In this document: one piece after another, positions 9,958 through 20,454 of the stretch | How positions within the stretch are numbered: the stretch's first letter is position 1 | Layout of the letters: each line of letters starts with the position of its first letter | Origin: Candidatus Pelagibacter sp. | Lineage (GTDB): Bacteria; Pseudomonadota; Alphaproteobacteria; Pelagibacterales; Pelagibacteraceae | Assembly: GCA_045567035.1 (NCBI GenBank) | Contig: JBJLDS010000010.1 | Location: 17,767-81,766, forward strand | Direction: 5' to 3' | Length of the DNA: 64,000 bases | Program-made: the position numbers and the translations under genes | The notes under the pieces: generated by a model | Databases searched by the model: none | The model's input: only the letters and a program-made list of their open reading frames with translations | What the model was told of the DNA's origin: nothing

Positions 9958-10917
9958 TTAAAATTTGTGAGAATAACCATGATAATTCCTTAAATTTTTA
10001 ACCTTATTCTCAAATAAAATTTTGTTTTTTTTATAATTATTAATATTTCCTATTATTGAAACCTTTTGATTCATTTTAATGGAAAGAGATTTTATAAACT
10101 TTCTCTTCGATTTTGGTGCGGTAAAAAGTATTTTATAATCATCTCCGTTACATACAAATTTATCTTTTTTTTTTTTAAATTTGTTTAAAAATAAAGATAA
10201 ATTTTTAGAGATTGGAACTTTATCTAAAAATAATTCATAAGAGAGTTTTTGTTTATTAATTAATTTTGTTAAATCAGAAACTAATCCATCAGAAATATCC
10301 ATAGAAGAATTTGCGAAACTGTGTAGATGATTTGAAAATTTAATACTTAAATCTGGACAATAATATTTAGAGATAAAATAATTTCTCAATATTTTATTAA
10401 CTTTGTATTTTTTGTTTAAAATTTGTAGTCCAACAAAACTATCTCCTAGATTACCAGCTACATAAATATCATCATTAATAACTACATTATTTCTTTTAAC
10501 TATTTTTTTTGAAAAACCAAGAGTTGTAATAGAAAATGATAAATTTTTAGAGTTTACAGTATCACCACCTGATAATTTCAGATTAAATTTTTTTTGTTCT
10601 TTATTTAATGCTAAGGTAAATTTTTTAAGATTTTTACTATTAAAATGCTTAGAGTTTCCACTTGCAGAAATAAAAAAATATTTTGGCTTGACCCCTTTTG
10701 AAATTAAATCTGAAATAGATGACCTTAAAATCTTTTTAGCTACAAAATCAGGATTTAAAAAATTAGGAAAGTGTATTTTTTCGTTGTACGTATCAATAGA
10801 AACAACTATTTGTCTTTTTTTTTCAAAAAAAACATCATCATCAAAATTTAGTGCATTAGGATTATTTTTAATAAGTTTTTTTAAATACGTCGAAATCAAA
10901 GTAAATTCATTCATCAT
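9958..10917 (-). CDS. thiL: Thiamine-monophosphate kinase
   Basis: NEF.LI, SISDL, GGDT, DISDGL, GDDY; follows nusB. Confidence 0.92.
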   Translation of the reverse strand: MMNEFTLISTYLKKLIKNNPNALNFDDDVFFEKKRQIVVSIDTYNEKIHFPNFLNPDFVAKKILRSSISDLISKGVKPKYFFISASGNSKHFNSKNLKKFTLALNKEQKKFNLKLSGGDTVNSKNLSFSITTLGFSKKIVKRNNVVINDDIYVAGNLGDSFVGLQILNKKYKVNKILRNYFISKYYCPDLSIKFSNHLHSFANSSMDISDGLVSDLTKLINKQKLSYELFLDKVPISKNLSLFLNKFKKKKDKFVCNGDDYKILFTAPKSKRKFIKSLSIKMNQKVSIIGNINNYKKNKILFENKVKNLRNYHGYSHKF

Positions 10918-11311
10918 TTAATCTTATCCGCTTCGAGATTTTATCAAGTAATGCGTTTAGATATTTAGTATTTGCTTCTGTTATAAAAAAATTGGATGCA
11001 TTTAAATATTCTTTTATAATAATTTTTTTAGAAGTATTAGGTTTATATAAAAACTCAAATATTGCACATTTTATAATAACCTGAAATAATTTGTCCATAT
11101 TACATAATTTTAAATCAGATTCTAAGTGATTAGATATTTCACTTGAAATTAACTCATCACGTTCAATTGTACCTGAAACTACATCTTTTATGAATTTTTT
11201 AAATCTGTGTTTTGGGTAAGTAATAACATTATCTTTATTAAAATATTTTCCATAAATTTTTTGTATTATTATTACTCTTGGATTGTTCTTAGGAGTATAG
11301 TTTAATGTCAT
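10907..11311 (-). CDS. nusB: Transcription antitermination factor NusB
   Basis: IIIKEY...YLNALLDKI; position between ribH and thiL. Confidence 0.88.
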   Translation of the reverse strand: MTLNYTPKNNPRVIIIQKIYGKYFNKDNVITYPKHRFKKFIKDVVSGTIERDELISSEISNHLESDLKLCNMDKLFQVIIKCAIFEFLYKPNTSKKIIIKEYLNASNFFITEANTKYLNALLDKISKRIRLNDE

Positions 11312-11700
11312 TTATATTGCGATAGCACTGATTTTAAAGCAATAGCCGCTTCCTTACCTTTATTTTTTCTCTTGATAGCTTGATTTTTATTTAAACAAGT
11401 CAATATTCCGTTTGCTATAGGTTTGGTGTGCTCAATCGACAAGAACATTATAGCATCTGTAGTAGATTTAGAGATAAAATCAAAATGAGGTGTTTGGCCT
11501 CTTATTACACATCCTAATGCAATGAAACCATCATATTTTTTTATATTTTTTTTTATCGTAATAGGTATTTCAAAGACGCCAGGTACATAAATTATTGATA
11601 TTTTTTTATTAGATTTTAACTCCTTTTTTGCAGAAGTAATTAGTCCTTTAGATATATCATCATAATAATTAGCAATGACAATTAATATTTTTTTCTTCAT
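11308..11700 (-). CDS. ribH: 6,7-dimethyl-8-ribityllumazine synthase
   Basis: VPGVFEIP, ALGCVIRGQTPHFDFI, KGKEAA. Confidence 0.96.
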   Translation of the reverse strand: MKKKILIVIANYYDDISKGLITSAKKELKSNKKISIIYVPGVFEIPITIKKNIKKYDGFIALGCVIRGQTPHFDFISKSTTDAIMFLSIEHTKPIANGILTCLNKNQAIKRKNKGKEAAIALKSVLSQYK

Positions 11701-12812
11701 TTTATTATTTCTTGTTTCTGTATTTTAATACCATAGCCCTCTAAACCAATAACTTTTTTTTTCGACCTTGTAACCAATATCATATTTTTGATATTCAAAG
11801 ATTTAATTATTTGGGCACCAATACCATAGTTTTTTATTAATTTATCCTTACCTTTTTTATAAAAAGTCTTTGTTTTGTACTGTTTTAATGTCTGAGTAAC
11901 AGATTCAAGTTTAGGATCTCTAATAAAAACAAGGACGCAATTATTAAATTTTTTAAAATAATTTAGAGTTTTGTTGAATGAATTTGGTAACTTTTGATTT
12001 ATAAGATAATTTTCTACAACATTAGATGAAATTACTCTAACTCTAGGAATTTTTTTATTTATTAATTTCCCCTTTATGAGAGCAAAATGCTCTGATCCAT
12101 CAATAAGGTTTTCATATATGTGAATATTATAATTTTGATTTTTTATATTGATAATTGATTTTTTTTTAAGTTTGATTAGTTTTTCTTTCTTTAGCCTATA
12201 AGCGATCAGATCTTCAATTTTAGCAATTTTTAATTTATGTTTTTTAGCAAAGTTGAATAATGTTTTCCCCGTAGCCATTGTACCATCGTCAGCCATTATT
12301 TCGCAAATTACTGCAGAATTTTTTTTTTTTGCTAGTTTTGATATATCAACAGATGCTTCTGTGTGACCAGCTCTTACTAGAACTCCCCCATCTCTTGCCA
12401 CAACAGGGAATACATGACCTGGGGAAACTATATCAGTTTTTTTTGCATTTTCTTTCGAGGCTGTTTTTATTGTTTTAGATCTGTCATATGCTGAAATACC
12501 TGTCGTAACACCTTTTTTTGCTTCTATAGAAAATGTAAATGCTGTTTTACTCCTAGACTGGTTTACTGGTGAAGCTAAGGTTAAACCTAATTTATTTGAT
12601 TGATTTTTATCCATAGCTAAACAAATTAATCCACGAGCATATTTAGCCATAAAATTAATTTTTTTTGGATTTACGTCTGATGCAGAAATTACAAGGTCAC
12701 CTTCATTTTCCATTTCATCATGTTTGCTCTCGTCATCAACTAGAATGTACATTCCACCACGTTTTACAATTTTAATTATATCTTCAATTGAGGAAAATTT
12801 ATTTTTTCTCAT
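11697..12812 (-). CDS. ribB: DHBP synthase fused to a degenerate GTP cyclohydrolase II-like domain (RibBX)
   Basis: ENEGDL, TTGISAYDR, PGHVFP, RAGHTEA, CEIM. C-terminal domain keeps YGIGAQI but lacks the Zn cysteines. Confidence 0.92.
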   Translation of the reverse strand: MRKNKFSSIEDIIKIVKRGGMYILVDDESKHDEMENEGDLVISASDVNPKKINFMAKYARGLICLAMDKNQSNKLGLTLASPVNQSRSKTAFTFSIEAKKGVTTGISAYDRSKTIKTASKENAKKTDIVSPGHVFPVVARDGGVLVRAGHTEASVDISKLAKKKNSAVICEIMADDGTMATGKTLFNFAKKHKLKIAKIEDLIAYRLKKEKLIKLKKKSIINIKNQNYNIHIYENLIDGSEHFALIKGKLINKKIPRVRVISSNVVENYLINQKLPNSFNKTLNYFKKFNNCVLVFIRDPKLESVTQTLKQYKTKTFYKKGKDKLIKNYGIGAQIIKSLNIKNMILVTRSKKKVIGLEGYGIKIQKQEIIK

Positions 12813-13392
12813 TTATAAACTTCTTTACATATTTTGATAAAATATCTATTTCAACATTTACAATGTCATTTTTTTTTAACATTGATAAATTAGTTAACTT
12901 TAAAGTATGAGGTATTACCCAAATTTGAAAACTATTTTTTAATACTTTTGAAATTGTAAGTGACACACCATTGATAAGAATTGATGCTTTTTCAATAAGA
13001 TATTTTTTTAATGTAGTTTTAATTTCAAACTCTAAGACTTGAGATTTTCCATGTTTATTTATACTTGATAATTTAGATATTGTATCAACATGACCTTGGC
13101 AAATATGTCCAGAAATTCTTTGTTTAAATTGTAAAGGCAATTCTAAGTTAATTTTATCACCAATTTTTGATTTACTAAATTTTGATCTATTTATTGTTTC
13201 GTTTGATAAATAGAATTCAATTATATCTTTTTTTACAGAAATGAGAGTTAGGCATACACCATCACAGCTAACAGAGATTCCTAAGTTTTTTTTTGACAGT
13301 TTAATTTTTGATTTAAGAAATAAATTAATTCCATTAGCTGTTTTACTAATTTTAACTATTTTACCCTGATTAAAAATTATACCATTAAACAT
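12799..13392 (-). CDS. ribE: Riboflavin synthase (alpha chain)
   Basis: MFNGII, GVCLT, GHICQGHVD, NGVSLT, VNVEID. Confidence 0.96.
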   Translation of the reverse strand: MFNGIIFNQGKIVKISKTANGINLFLKSKIKLSKKNLGISVSCDGVCLTLISVKKDIIEFYLSNETINRSKFSKSKIGDKINLELPLQFKQRISGHICQGHVDTISKLSSINKHGKSQVLEFEIKTTLKKYLIEKASILINGVSLTISKVLKNSFQIWVIPHTLKLTNLSMLKKNDIVNVEIDILSKYVKKFINEKK

Positions 13393-13398
13393 ATCAAA

Positions 13399-14490
13399 TT
13401 ATTTATAATGTATTAATTCATCCTTTGACAAATATGTACTTATTTTTTGTTTATTTTTAAAATGTTTACCTAGTTTATTTATCGTTGCCAAGATGTTGTT
13501 TTTACCTAATTTTTTCAAATTAACAGATGATTTGAATAAGTAAAACTCATTAAAAAAATTGTTACTAAGAAAATAATTGGTTAATATTTTACCCCCTTCT
13601 ACTAATAAGTGGTTAATCTGTTTTTCTTTAATTTTTTTAAGAATTTTATCAAAATTCATAATGTTATTTTTCAGATCAACCTTAACTAAATTTACACCCA
13701 TTTTACAAAGAATTTTATATTTTTTAATATTTTCTTTATTGTAAAAAATATAAATTTTTTTTTGATTGTTAAATAAGTTCAAATTTACTTTTATTGATAA
13801 ATTTTTATCAATAATTATTACTGCAGGTGAATAATTTTCTAATCCAGGAATTCGGCAGTTTAATTGTGGATTATCGTAATTAGCAGTTTTTGATGAGATT
13901 AAGATCCCATTATTATGATACCTAAGTATATGAGAAACCTTATGGCTTTGATCATTAGTAATTTTTCTTTTTTTTGTTGTGATATAAAAATCTCTTGAAC
14001 ATGCAATTTTACCAACAATATATGGATATCCATGAATTTTATTATGCTTATATGATCTATATAAATCTATGGCATCATTTTTTAAAATATTCCTTTTCAC
14101 TTTAATTTTTTTCTTTTTAAATAAATCATAGGATTTATTTGCTGATCTTTTGTCAATATCATCCATGCCATAAAAAACTTTTTTAATTTTTGCTCTGATA
14201 ATAGCATTTGTACAGGGAGGGGTCTTTCCGTAATGACTGCAGGGTTCTAGAGATACATAAATGGAGGATCCAGAAATATTTTCTTTACAATTATTTATAG
14301 CATCAACTTCAGCATGAGGATAACCTTTAAGACCTGTTTGACCTGTAGAAATTACTGTATCATTCTTTACTATAACACATCCAACAGAAGGATTAGTTCC
14401 CGTTAAACCAATTCTTTTCTTAGCTAAGTTAATAGCTAATTTCATATAAAATTTATCTTTTTGGGTATGATTATTTCTTTTTGTAGACAT
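13399..14490 (-). CDS. ribD: Riboflavin deaminase/reductase RibD
   Basis: NPSVGCVIV, HAE, LEPCSHYGKTPPC, LLVEGG. Confidence 0.96.
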   Translation of the reverse strand: MSTKRNNHTQKDKFYMKLAINLAKKRIGLTGTNPSVGCVIVKNDTVISTGQTGLKGYPHAEVDAINNCKENISGSSIYVSLEPCSHYGKTPPCTNAIIRAKIKKVFYGMDDIDKRSANKSYDLFKKKKIKVKRNILKNDAIDLYRSYKHNKIHGYPYIVGKIACSRDFYITTKKRKITNDQSHKVSHILRYHNNGILISSKTANYDNPQLNCRIPGLENYSPAVIIIDKNLSIKVNLNLFNNQKKIYIFYNKENIKKYKILCKMGVNLVKVDLKNNIMNFDKILKKIKEKQINHLLVEGGKILTNYFLSNNFFNEFYLFKSSVNLKKLGKNNILATINKLGKHFKNKQKISTYLSKDELIHYK

Positions 14491-14929
14491 CTAGCTTGTC
14501 AACAAATTGAACAAAATCTTTTTCTTCTCTAAAATTTCTGTAGACAGACGCAAATCTAACATATGCAACAGGGTCCAGATCTTTTAGTCCTTCCATAACC
14601 ATTGTTCCAATAGTTGTGGTAGAAATTTCTGACTGTCCAATTTCTTCAAGGGCTCTTGATATTTTGCTAATAAATTTTTCAACTGTTTCTGTATCAATTG
14701 GTCTTTTTTTTAAAGCTATATAAATAGATTTTGACAGTTTATCTCTATCAAATATTGATTTTCTTCCGTTTTTCTTAACAACCATTAATGCTCTAATTTG
14801 AATTCTCTCAAATGTGGTAAATCTCTCACCACAAACACATAGCCTTCGTCTTCTAATTGCTGTTCCATCTTCAGTAGAACGGGAGTCTACGACTGATGTT
14901 TCTCCCTTTTTAGGGCAAGGACAAATCAT
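14471..14929 (-). CDS. nrdR: Transcriptional repressor NrdR
   Basis: VVDSR, IRRRR.C.C..RFTTFE, ATP cone, AYVRFASVYR. Confidence 0.96.
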   Translation of the reverse strand: MICPCPKKGETSVVDSRSTEDGTAIRRRRLCVCGERFTTFERIQIRALMVVKKNGRKSIFDRDKLSKSIYIALKKRPIDTETVEKFISKISRALEEIGQSEISTTTIGTMVMEGLKDLDPVAYVRFASVYRNFREEKDFVQFVDKLDVYKKK

Positions 14930-16237
14930 TTATAAATTTTTATAAATTGGAAATGAAGCACATAAATTAATCACTTCGTCTCTTACTTCTTTCTCAGTTT
15001 TTGAATTATCTTCTGGATTTTGTGATAAACCTTGTATTGTTTTTGTAATCAATTCTCCTACTTTTTCAAATTCCTTTAATCCAAAACCTCTTGTGGTTGC
15101 AGCTTGAGAACCCAATCTAATACCAGAGGTTACCATAGGGCTTTCAGTATCAAAAGGAATTCCATTTTTATTACATGTAATATTTGCTCTAGATAAACTT
15201 TCAGCAGCTAAATTTCCTTTAACATTAAATGGTCTTAAATCAACTAGCATCAAATGAGTATCTGTGCCTCCAGAATATATTTTAAATCCGTTATTTTTTA
15301 AAGTTTCAGATAAAATTTTTGCATTTGCTAAAACAGCGTTTATGTATTCTCTAAATTCTGGTCTTAAAGCTTCTAAAAAACCTGCAGCTTTAGCTGCTAT
15401 AACATGCATTAATGGTCCACCTTGATAACCTGGAAATACAGCTGTATTAAATTTTTTAGCCAAGTCTTCATGGTTTGTTAAAATAATTCCACCTCTTGCG
15501 CTTCTAAAAACTTTGTGTGTAGTTGATGTTACAACATGTGCATGATCACATGGATTGGGGTATCCTTTACCTGCAACTAAACCAGAAAAATGAGCCATAT
15601 CTACCATAAGGTAAGCCCCTACTTTATCTGCAATTTCTCTAAATCTTTTAAAATCAATTACTCTAGAATATGCGCTACCACCTGCAATAATAAGTTTAGG
15701 TTTATTTTCCAAAGCCAATCTTTCAACTTCATCGTAATCAATTAATTCAGATTTTTGATCAACATCGTAACTTATTGCATTAAACCATTTACCTGACATT
15801 GATATTTTTAAACCGTGTGTAATATGACCACCCGAATTTAAACTCATTCCTAAAAAAGTATCACCTGGTTTTAACAATGCTAAAAAAACTGCTCCATTAG
15901 CTTGTGCACCAGAATGAGGTTGAGCATTAGCAAATTTGCAATTAAATAATTTCTTTAATCTTTCAATGGCTAAATTTTCAGCAACATCAACATGTTCACA
16001 ACCGTTATAATATCTTTTTCCAGGATAACCTTCTGCGTATTTATTTGTTAAAACTGAACCCTGAGCTTCTAACACAGCTTGGGACACAATATTTTCTGAA
16101 GCTATCAACTCTATATGTTGTTGCTGTCTTCTTAGTTCGTCGTTTATTGCTTTATGTAACTCTGGATCAGTTTTTGATAAACTATCTTCAAAGAAACTTT
16201 TGTATTGATCGTTTATATATTTGCTTTCACTTGACAT
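14930..16237 (-). CDS. glyA: Serine hydroxymethyltransferase
   Basis: [32 protein letters not shown]. Confidence 0.98.
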   Translation of the reverse strand: MSSESKYINDQYKSFFEDSLSKTDPELHKAINDELRRQQQHIELIASENIVSQAVLEAQGSVLTNKYAEGYPGKRYYNGCEHVDVAENLAIERLKKLFNCKFANAQPHSGAQANGAVFLALLKPGDTFLGMSLNSGGHITHGLKISMSGKWFNAISYDVDQKSELIDYDEVERLALENKPKLIIAGGSAYSRVIDFKRFREIADKVGAYLMVDMAHFSGLVAGKGYPNPCDHAHVVTSTTHKVFRSARGGIILTNHEDLAKKFNTAVFPGYQGGPLMHVIAAKAAGFLEALRPEFREYINAVLANAKILSETLKNNGFKIYSGGTDTHLMLVDLRPFNVKGNLAAESLSRANITCNKNGIPFDTESPMVTSGIRLGSQAATTRGFGLKEFEKVGELITKTIQGLSQNPEDNSKTEKEVRDEVINLCASFPIYKNL

Positions 16238-16238
16238 A

Positions 16239-16661
16239 TTATATTTTTTTAATTCTCCTTAAATGTCTACCCCCTTCAAATTTTGTCGATAAGAATAGAC
16301 TTATTAGTTGTATTGCTTTTTTTTTACTAGTCAACCTACTTCCTAGTGTAATAATGTTTGCATTATTATGCAATCTAGATAATTTGGTGTTTTTAGCACT
16401 ATAACATAAAGCCGCTCTTACGTTTTTTACCTTATTTGCGGCCATAGCCATACCCATTCCTGAACCACAAATAAGTATACCAAAGAGATTTTTGCTTTTG
16501 GATATTCTTTTTGAGAGTTTTAAGGCTAAATCAGGATAATCAACAGAATTATCATTTACGGGACCTAAATCATTAAGTTTAAATTTTTTTTCTATTAATG
16601 GTATAAGCTGTTTTTTTAATTTAAAACCAGCATGATCAGAAGCTATTAATATTTTTTTCAA
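16239..16661 (-). CDS. rpiB: Ribose-5-phosphate isomerase B
   Basis: SDHAG, SVDYPD, CGSGMG, HNNAN, FEGGRH. Confidence 0.96.
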   Translation of the reverse strand: MKKILIASDHAGFKLKKQLIPLIEKKFKLNDLGPVNDNSVDYPDLALKLSKRISKSKNLFGILICGSGMGMAMAANKVKNVRAALCYSAKNTKLSRLHNNANIITLGSRLTSKKKAIQLISLFLSTKFEGGRHLRRIKKI

Positions 16662-16682
16662 TATTGATAGTATATTTTAAAT

Positions 16683-17306
16683 TTAATTAAATTTATAGTC
16701 TAAAACACATGCAACTAAATGAACTCTATTCTCTTCACCACCATTAAATGCATTGTGATATTTTACATTGTTTGTTATCCAAACACCTCCATCAGCCGGC
16801 ATATGCTTTGCTCTGTCCTCTATTACCATCATACTTCCTGGATTTGTAAATATAGGTATATGTAATCTAGGTTCCGGATCACGGTGCCAACTTAAAGTTG
16901 ATCTTGGTTCTTTTAATAATAATCTTACTCTACCTAACTTATAACGTTTGTTTAACTCATCAAAAACAAATTTAAAATAAGTATGTTCAAAGTCTTTTAC
17001 AAATTCAGTGTATTTAGTTTCATCAATATCAATATCTCTTGATACCTCTTTTCCTGATGAATCTGGTTTAGTCCAATAGACACCTCTAATCTTACTTCCT
17101 TTAATAGAGTCTGGATCACCAGGTATTTGGTTTAATGAAATTGATGCAAAGTGTGGAATGCCCAGACTTGTATCAAAACCTTTCATTGCGAGTATTTCAT
17201 TACAAGCATCTTGAAGTTTATTTATATCAAAAGATATATCTTGTTTTTGAAAATCATCATTTTGTGATTTTAAATTGAATTTGTTAATAGAACTTATATT
17301 ATTCAT
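16683..17306 (-). CDS. Putative 2OG-Fe(II) oxygenase (aspartyl/asparaginyl beta-hydroxylase-like)
   Basis: WHRD (HxD), RLHIPIFTN, distal YHNAFNGG and NRVHLV. Confidence 0.7.
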   Translation of the reverse strand: MNNISSINKFNLKSQNDDFQKQDISFDINKLQDACNEILAMKGFDTSLGIPHFASISLNQIPGDPDSIKGSKIRGVYWTKPDSSGKEVSRDIDIDETKYTEFVKDFEHTYFKFVFDELNKRYKLGRVRLLLKEPRSTLSWHRDPEPRLHIPIFTNPGSMMVIEDRAKHMPADGGVWITNNVKYHNAFNGGEENRVHLVACVLDYKFN

Positions 17307-17383
17307 ACTAAATTTTTATTAATTACTATATTTAATACTATAATATATATAACTATTGTCGCACATAAACATATTATTTGAGA

Positions 17384-18376
17384 ATGATTATCACAGGTAA
17401 ATACCCACAACTAAGACTTAGAAGAAACAGAAAACAAGCTTGGACAAGAAGATTATTAGAGGAAACAAACCTTTCGTGTAATGACCTTATAATGCCTATA
17501 TTTGTAATGGAAGGAAAAAATAAAATTCAAACCATAAAAAATATGCCCGGGATAAAGAGATATAGTATCAATAATTTAGGAAAAATTGTTGATAAAGCAA
17601 TTAAAAATGGAATACCTATGGTATCGATTTTCCCCTACACGAATCAAAAATTAAAAAATTTAAAAGGATCAGAATCTTTAAATGAAGACAACCTTGTTTG
17701 CAAAAGCATTCGTTACATAAAAGATAGATATAAAAATCAAATTGGCATAATGACTGATGTTGCTTTAGATCCATATACATCGCACGGGCATGATGGAATA
17801 TTAGAAAATAATTACGTTAATAATGACAAAACGGTCGAGATATTATGTAAACAGTCATTACTACAAGCGCAAATGGGATGTGATGTAATAGCACCATCCG
17901 ACATGATGGATGGGAGAGTTGGTCAAATAAGAAAGATATTAGATAAAAATAATTTGGAATTGGTACAAATACTTTCTTATGCTGTTAAATTTGCATCAAA
18001 TTACTATGGACCATTTAGAGAAGCTATAGGATCTAGAAAAAATTTAAAAAATGATAAAAAAGATTATCAAATGGATTACAAAAATAAAAAAGAAGCGTTA
18101 AGAGAAGTATCGCTAGATATTAAAGAAGGTGCAGACATTGTGATGGTTAAACCTGGTTTGCCATATTTAGACATCATAAGTTCTATTAAAAAAGAATTCA
18201 AAATACCAGTTTTCGCTTATCAAGTTTCAGGTGAATATTCACTTATAATGAATGGTATTAAAAGAAAAATAATTAAAGATGATGCAATTTTAGAAAGTTT
18301 AATTTCATTTAAAAGAGCTGGTTGCAGTGCAATAGTTACATACTTTGCCTATCAATTAGCAAGCGTGTTAAAATAA
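17384..18376 (+). CDS. hemB: Porphobilinogen synthase (Cys-free, Mg type)
   Basis: RLRRNR, DVALDPYTSHGHDG, PSDMMDGR, MVKPG, YQVSGEY. Confidence 0.97.
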   Translation: MIITGKYPQLRLRRNRKQAWTRRLLEETNLSCNDLIMPIFVMEGKNKIQTIKNMPGIKRYSINNLGKIVDKAIKNGIPMVSIFPYTNQKLKNLKGSESLNEDNLVCKSIRYIKDRYKNQIGIMTDVALDPYTSHGHDGILENNYVNNDKTVEILCKQSLLQAQMGCDVIAPSDMMDGRVGQIRKILDKNNLELVQILSYAVKFASNYYGPFREAIGSRKNLKNDKKDYQMDYKNKKEALREVSLDIKEGADIVMVKPGLPYLDIISSIKKEFKIPVFAYQVSGEYSLIMNGIKRKIIKDDAILESLISFKRAGCSAIVTYFAYQLASVLK

Positions 18377-19057
18377 TTACTTTAATGAATTAATAAAATT
18401 TGTTCTATCAATTGGATAAATTATATTATTTGGTCTTAAAATACTTTTATCAAGATAATCACCTATAATGACTAAACCGGAAATTAGATTATTTAAATTA
18501 TTCTCATCTAAATCTAGTTCAATCAGAAAATTGGGTACATATTTCTTTTCTGTTTTAGACTCTACGAAATACCTTTTTTTATCATCAGTGATTTCTTTTT
18601 TGGCTATTTTTTCTAAATTAAGGTCATATCCAGTATATTTTAATAAATCAAGTTCCCAAAAAATATATTTTTTAATCCATTCATCATTAATAAGAATTTC
18701 AAAAAATGCATCTAATAAATTAAAAATTTTTTCATTTGACTCTGCCTCAACAGTTAAAATTTTAATTAATCTTAAAGAGGATGTAAGACAAAGTAATCTC
18801 TGTTTATCCTCAAAGAAATATGGCCCAAAAGCTTTTAATATTTCTACTTTAAAATAACCTATTTTGTTATCGTTTTTAGAAATATAGTTTAAAAAAAACT
18901 TATTTCCTATTTGTAAATAATTTTTAATTTTTTTGGATGTTGATCCAAAAATGATTCCAGTAGACTTTCCATGAGCTTTTGTATAAAATTCAACTATGGA
19001 TGAGTTTTCGTTGTATTTAGTCTTACTAATTAGATAACCTGTATCGCTCCAGCTCAT
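18377..19057 (-). CDS. recO: DNA repair protein RecO
   Basis: MSWSDTG, YNENS.IV.FYT..HG, WELDLLK.TGY; downstream of rnc. Confidence 0.88.
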   Translation of the reverse strand: MSWSDTGYLISKTKYNENSSIVEFYTKAHGKSTGIIFGSTSKKIKNYLQIGNKFFLNYISKNDNKIGYFKVEILKAFGPYFFEDKQRLLCLTSSLRLIKILTVEAESNEKIFNLLDAFFEILINDEWIKKYIFWELDLLKYTGYDLNLEKIAKKEITDDKKRYFVESKTEKKYVPNFLIELDLDENNLNNLISGLVIIGDYLDKSILRPNNIIYPIDRTNFINSLK

Positions 19058-19719
19058 TCAACACCAATAACCTTTAACAGAGTTTCTGCTGACTTTGATT
19101 CTGCATTCTTTTTAGATGAACCAGTAGCATAAACAAATTTAGTATTTTTTAATCTTACTCCAATTTTAAATATAGGTTTATGTCTTGGTCCACTGTTGCT
19201 GATAAGTTTATATATTGGAAGAACTTTGTATTTCTTAAGTGAATATTCCTGTAATTTTGTTTTTGAATCTACTTGATAGGTTATGTTAAGTTTAAAATAT
19301 TGTTCCCAGTAATTTAGAATAAACTTTTTAGCTTTAATATAACCAAAGTCTAAAAATATTGCTCCAATTAGAGCCTCACAAGTGTCAGATATTATTTTAT
19401 CCTCTATATTTTTTTTTGTAGTATTACCCCCAATAATAAATTTTTCTAAACCTATCTTTTTTCCAATATTAAGAAGAGTTCTTTTATTAACCATTGATGC
19501 AAACATTTTGTCAAGATAGCCAACTTTTTGGTTAGGATAGGTTTTTAACAATTCGGATGATATTATTAAACCTAGTACTCTATCACCTATAAATTCCAAT
19601 CTTTCATTATTAATTTTCGAGTTATGACTCTTATGGGTCAAGGATAAAATTAGATTTTCTTTATTTACAAAATTTATATTTATAGTTCTCTCTAATTCTA
19701 TTAGATTAATTTTAGGCAT
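19054..19719 (-). CDS. rnc: Ribonuclease III
   Basis: NERLEFIGDRVL, EALIGAIFLD, dsRBD DSKTKLQE. Confidence 0.97.
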   Translation of the reverse strand: MPKINLIELERTININFVNKENLILSLTHKSHNSKINNERLEFIGDRVLGLIISSELLKTYPNQKVGYLDKMFASMVNKRTLLNIGKKIGLEKFIIGGNTTKKNIEDKIISDTCEALIGAIFLDFGYIKAKKFILNYWEQYFKLNITYQVDSKTKLQEYSLKKYKVLPIYKLISNSGPRHKPIFKIGVRLKNTKFVYATGSSKKNAESKSAETLLKVIGVE

Positions 19720-20453
19720 TAATTAATTATTTTAAAAAACCTTTCAAATCTTATAGTTTCATTCCATTTCCAAAATTTTAAAATTGAGCCAATTCTATAG
19801 TCAGAAGAAAAAAATATAAATCTAGCTTTACCTACTAAGTTTTCCTTATGAACATAGCCTACACTTCCTAAATATCTACTATCTTTTGAACAATCCCTAT
19901 TGTCACCAAGAAAAAAATAATGATTAGCTGGTACTTTAAATTTATCGGAGTTTTGATAGCCACCATTTTTTCTATAAACTGCATTAAATTTTACTGAATT
20001 AGATAACTCTTCACTAAATGTATATGTTTCTATAGTTGCAGAACCGCAATATATTCTATCATTTTTTGAAATTATCGATTTAAAAACCTGGTTATTGTTT
20101 AAGTACAAATTACCATCAATAAATTGAATAACATCACCTGGAAGTCCTATCAAACGCTTAATGTAGTCAGTCCTATTATCAGAAGGTGTTTTAAAAACTA
20201 CAACATCTCCTCTTTTAGGTTCTTTAAACAAAAGTCTACCATTAAAGATTTTTGGGCTAAAAGGAAATGAATGTTTGCTATAACCATAAGAGTATTTTGA
20301 AACAAATAATCTGTCACCTACTAACAAATTAGGTTCCATAGATGAAGATGGAATATAAAAAGGTTGAAAAAATAGAGATCTTATAAATACAGCTATTATA
20401 ATTGCATAAAAAATTGTTTTTAAATTTTCTGAAATAAATTTTTTACTTATCAT
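19719..20453 (-). CDS. lepB: Signal peptidase I
   Basis: IPSSSMEP, YIKRLIGLPGD, GDNRDCSKDSR. Confidence 0.97.
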   Translation of the reverse strand: MISKKFISENLKTIFYAIIIAVFIRSLFFQPFYIPSSSMEPNLLVGDRLFVSKYSYGYSKHSFPFSPKIFNGRLLFKEPKRGDVVVFKTPSDNRTDYIKRLIGLPGDVIQFIDGNLYLNNNQVFKSIISKNDRIYCGSATIETYTFSEELSNSVKFNAVYRKNGGYQNSDKFKVPANHYFFLGDNRDCSKDSRYLGSVGYVHKENLVGKARFIFFSSDYRIGSILKFWKWNETIRFERFFKIIN

Positions 20454-20454
20454 T

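Noticed and set aside
13393-16682. FMN riboswitch before the rib genes or glycine riboswitch before glyA
   Set aside because: Genes overlap or are separated by 21 bp or less, so there is no room.
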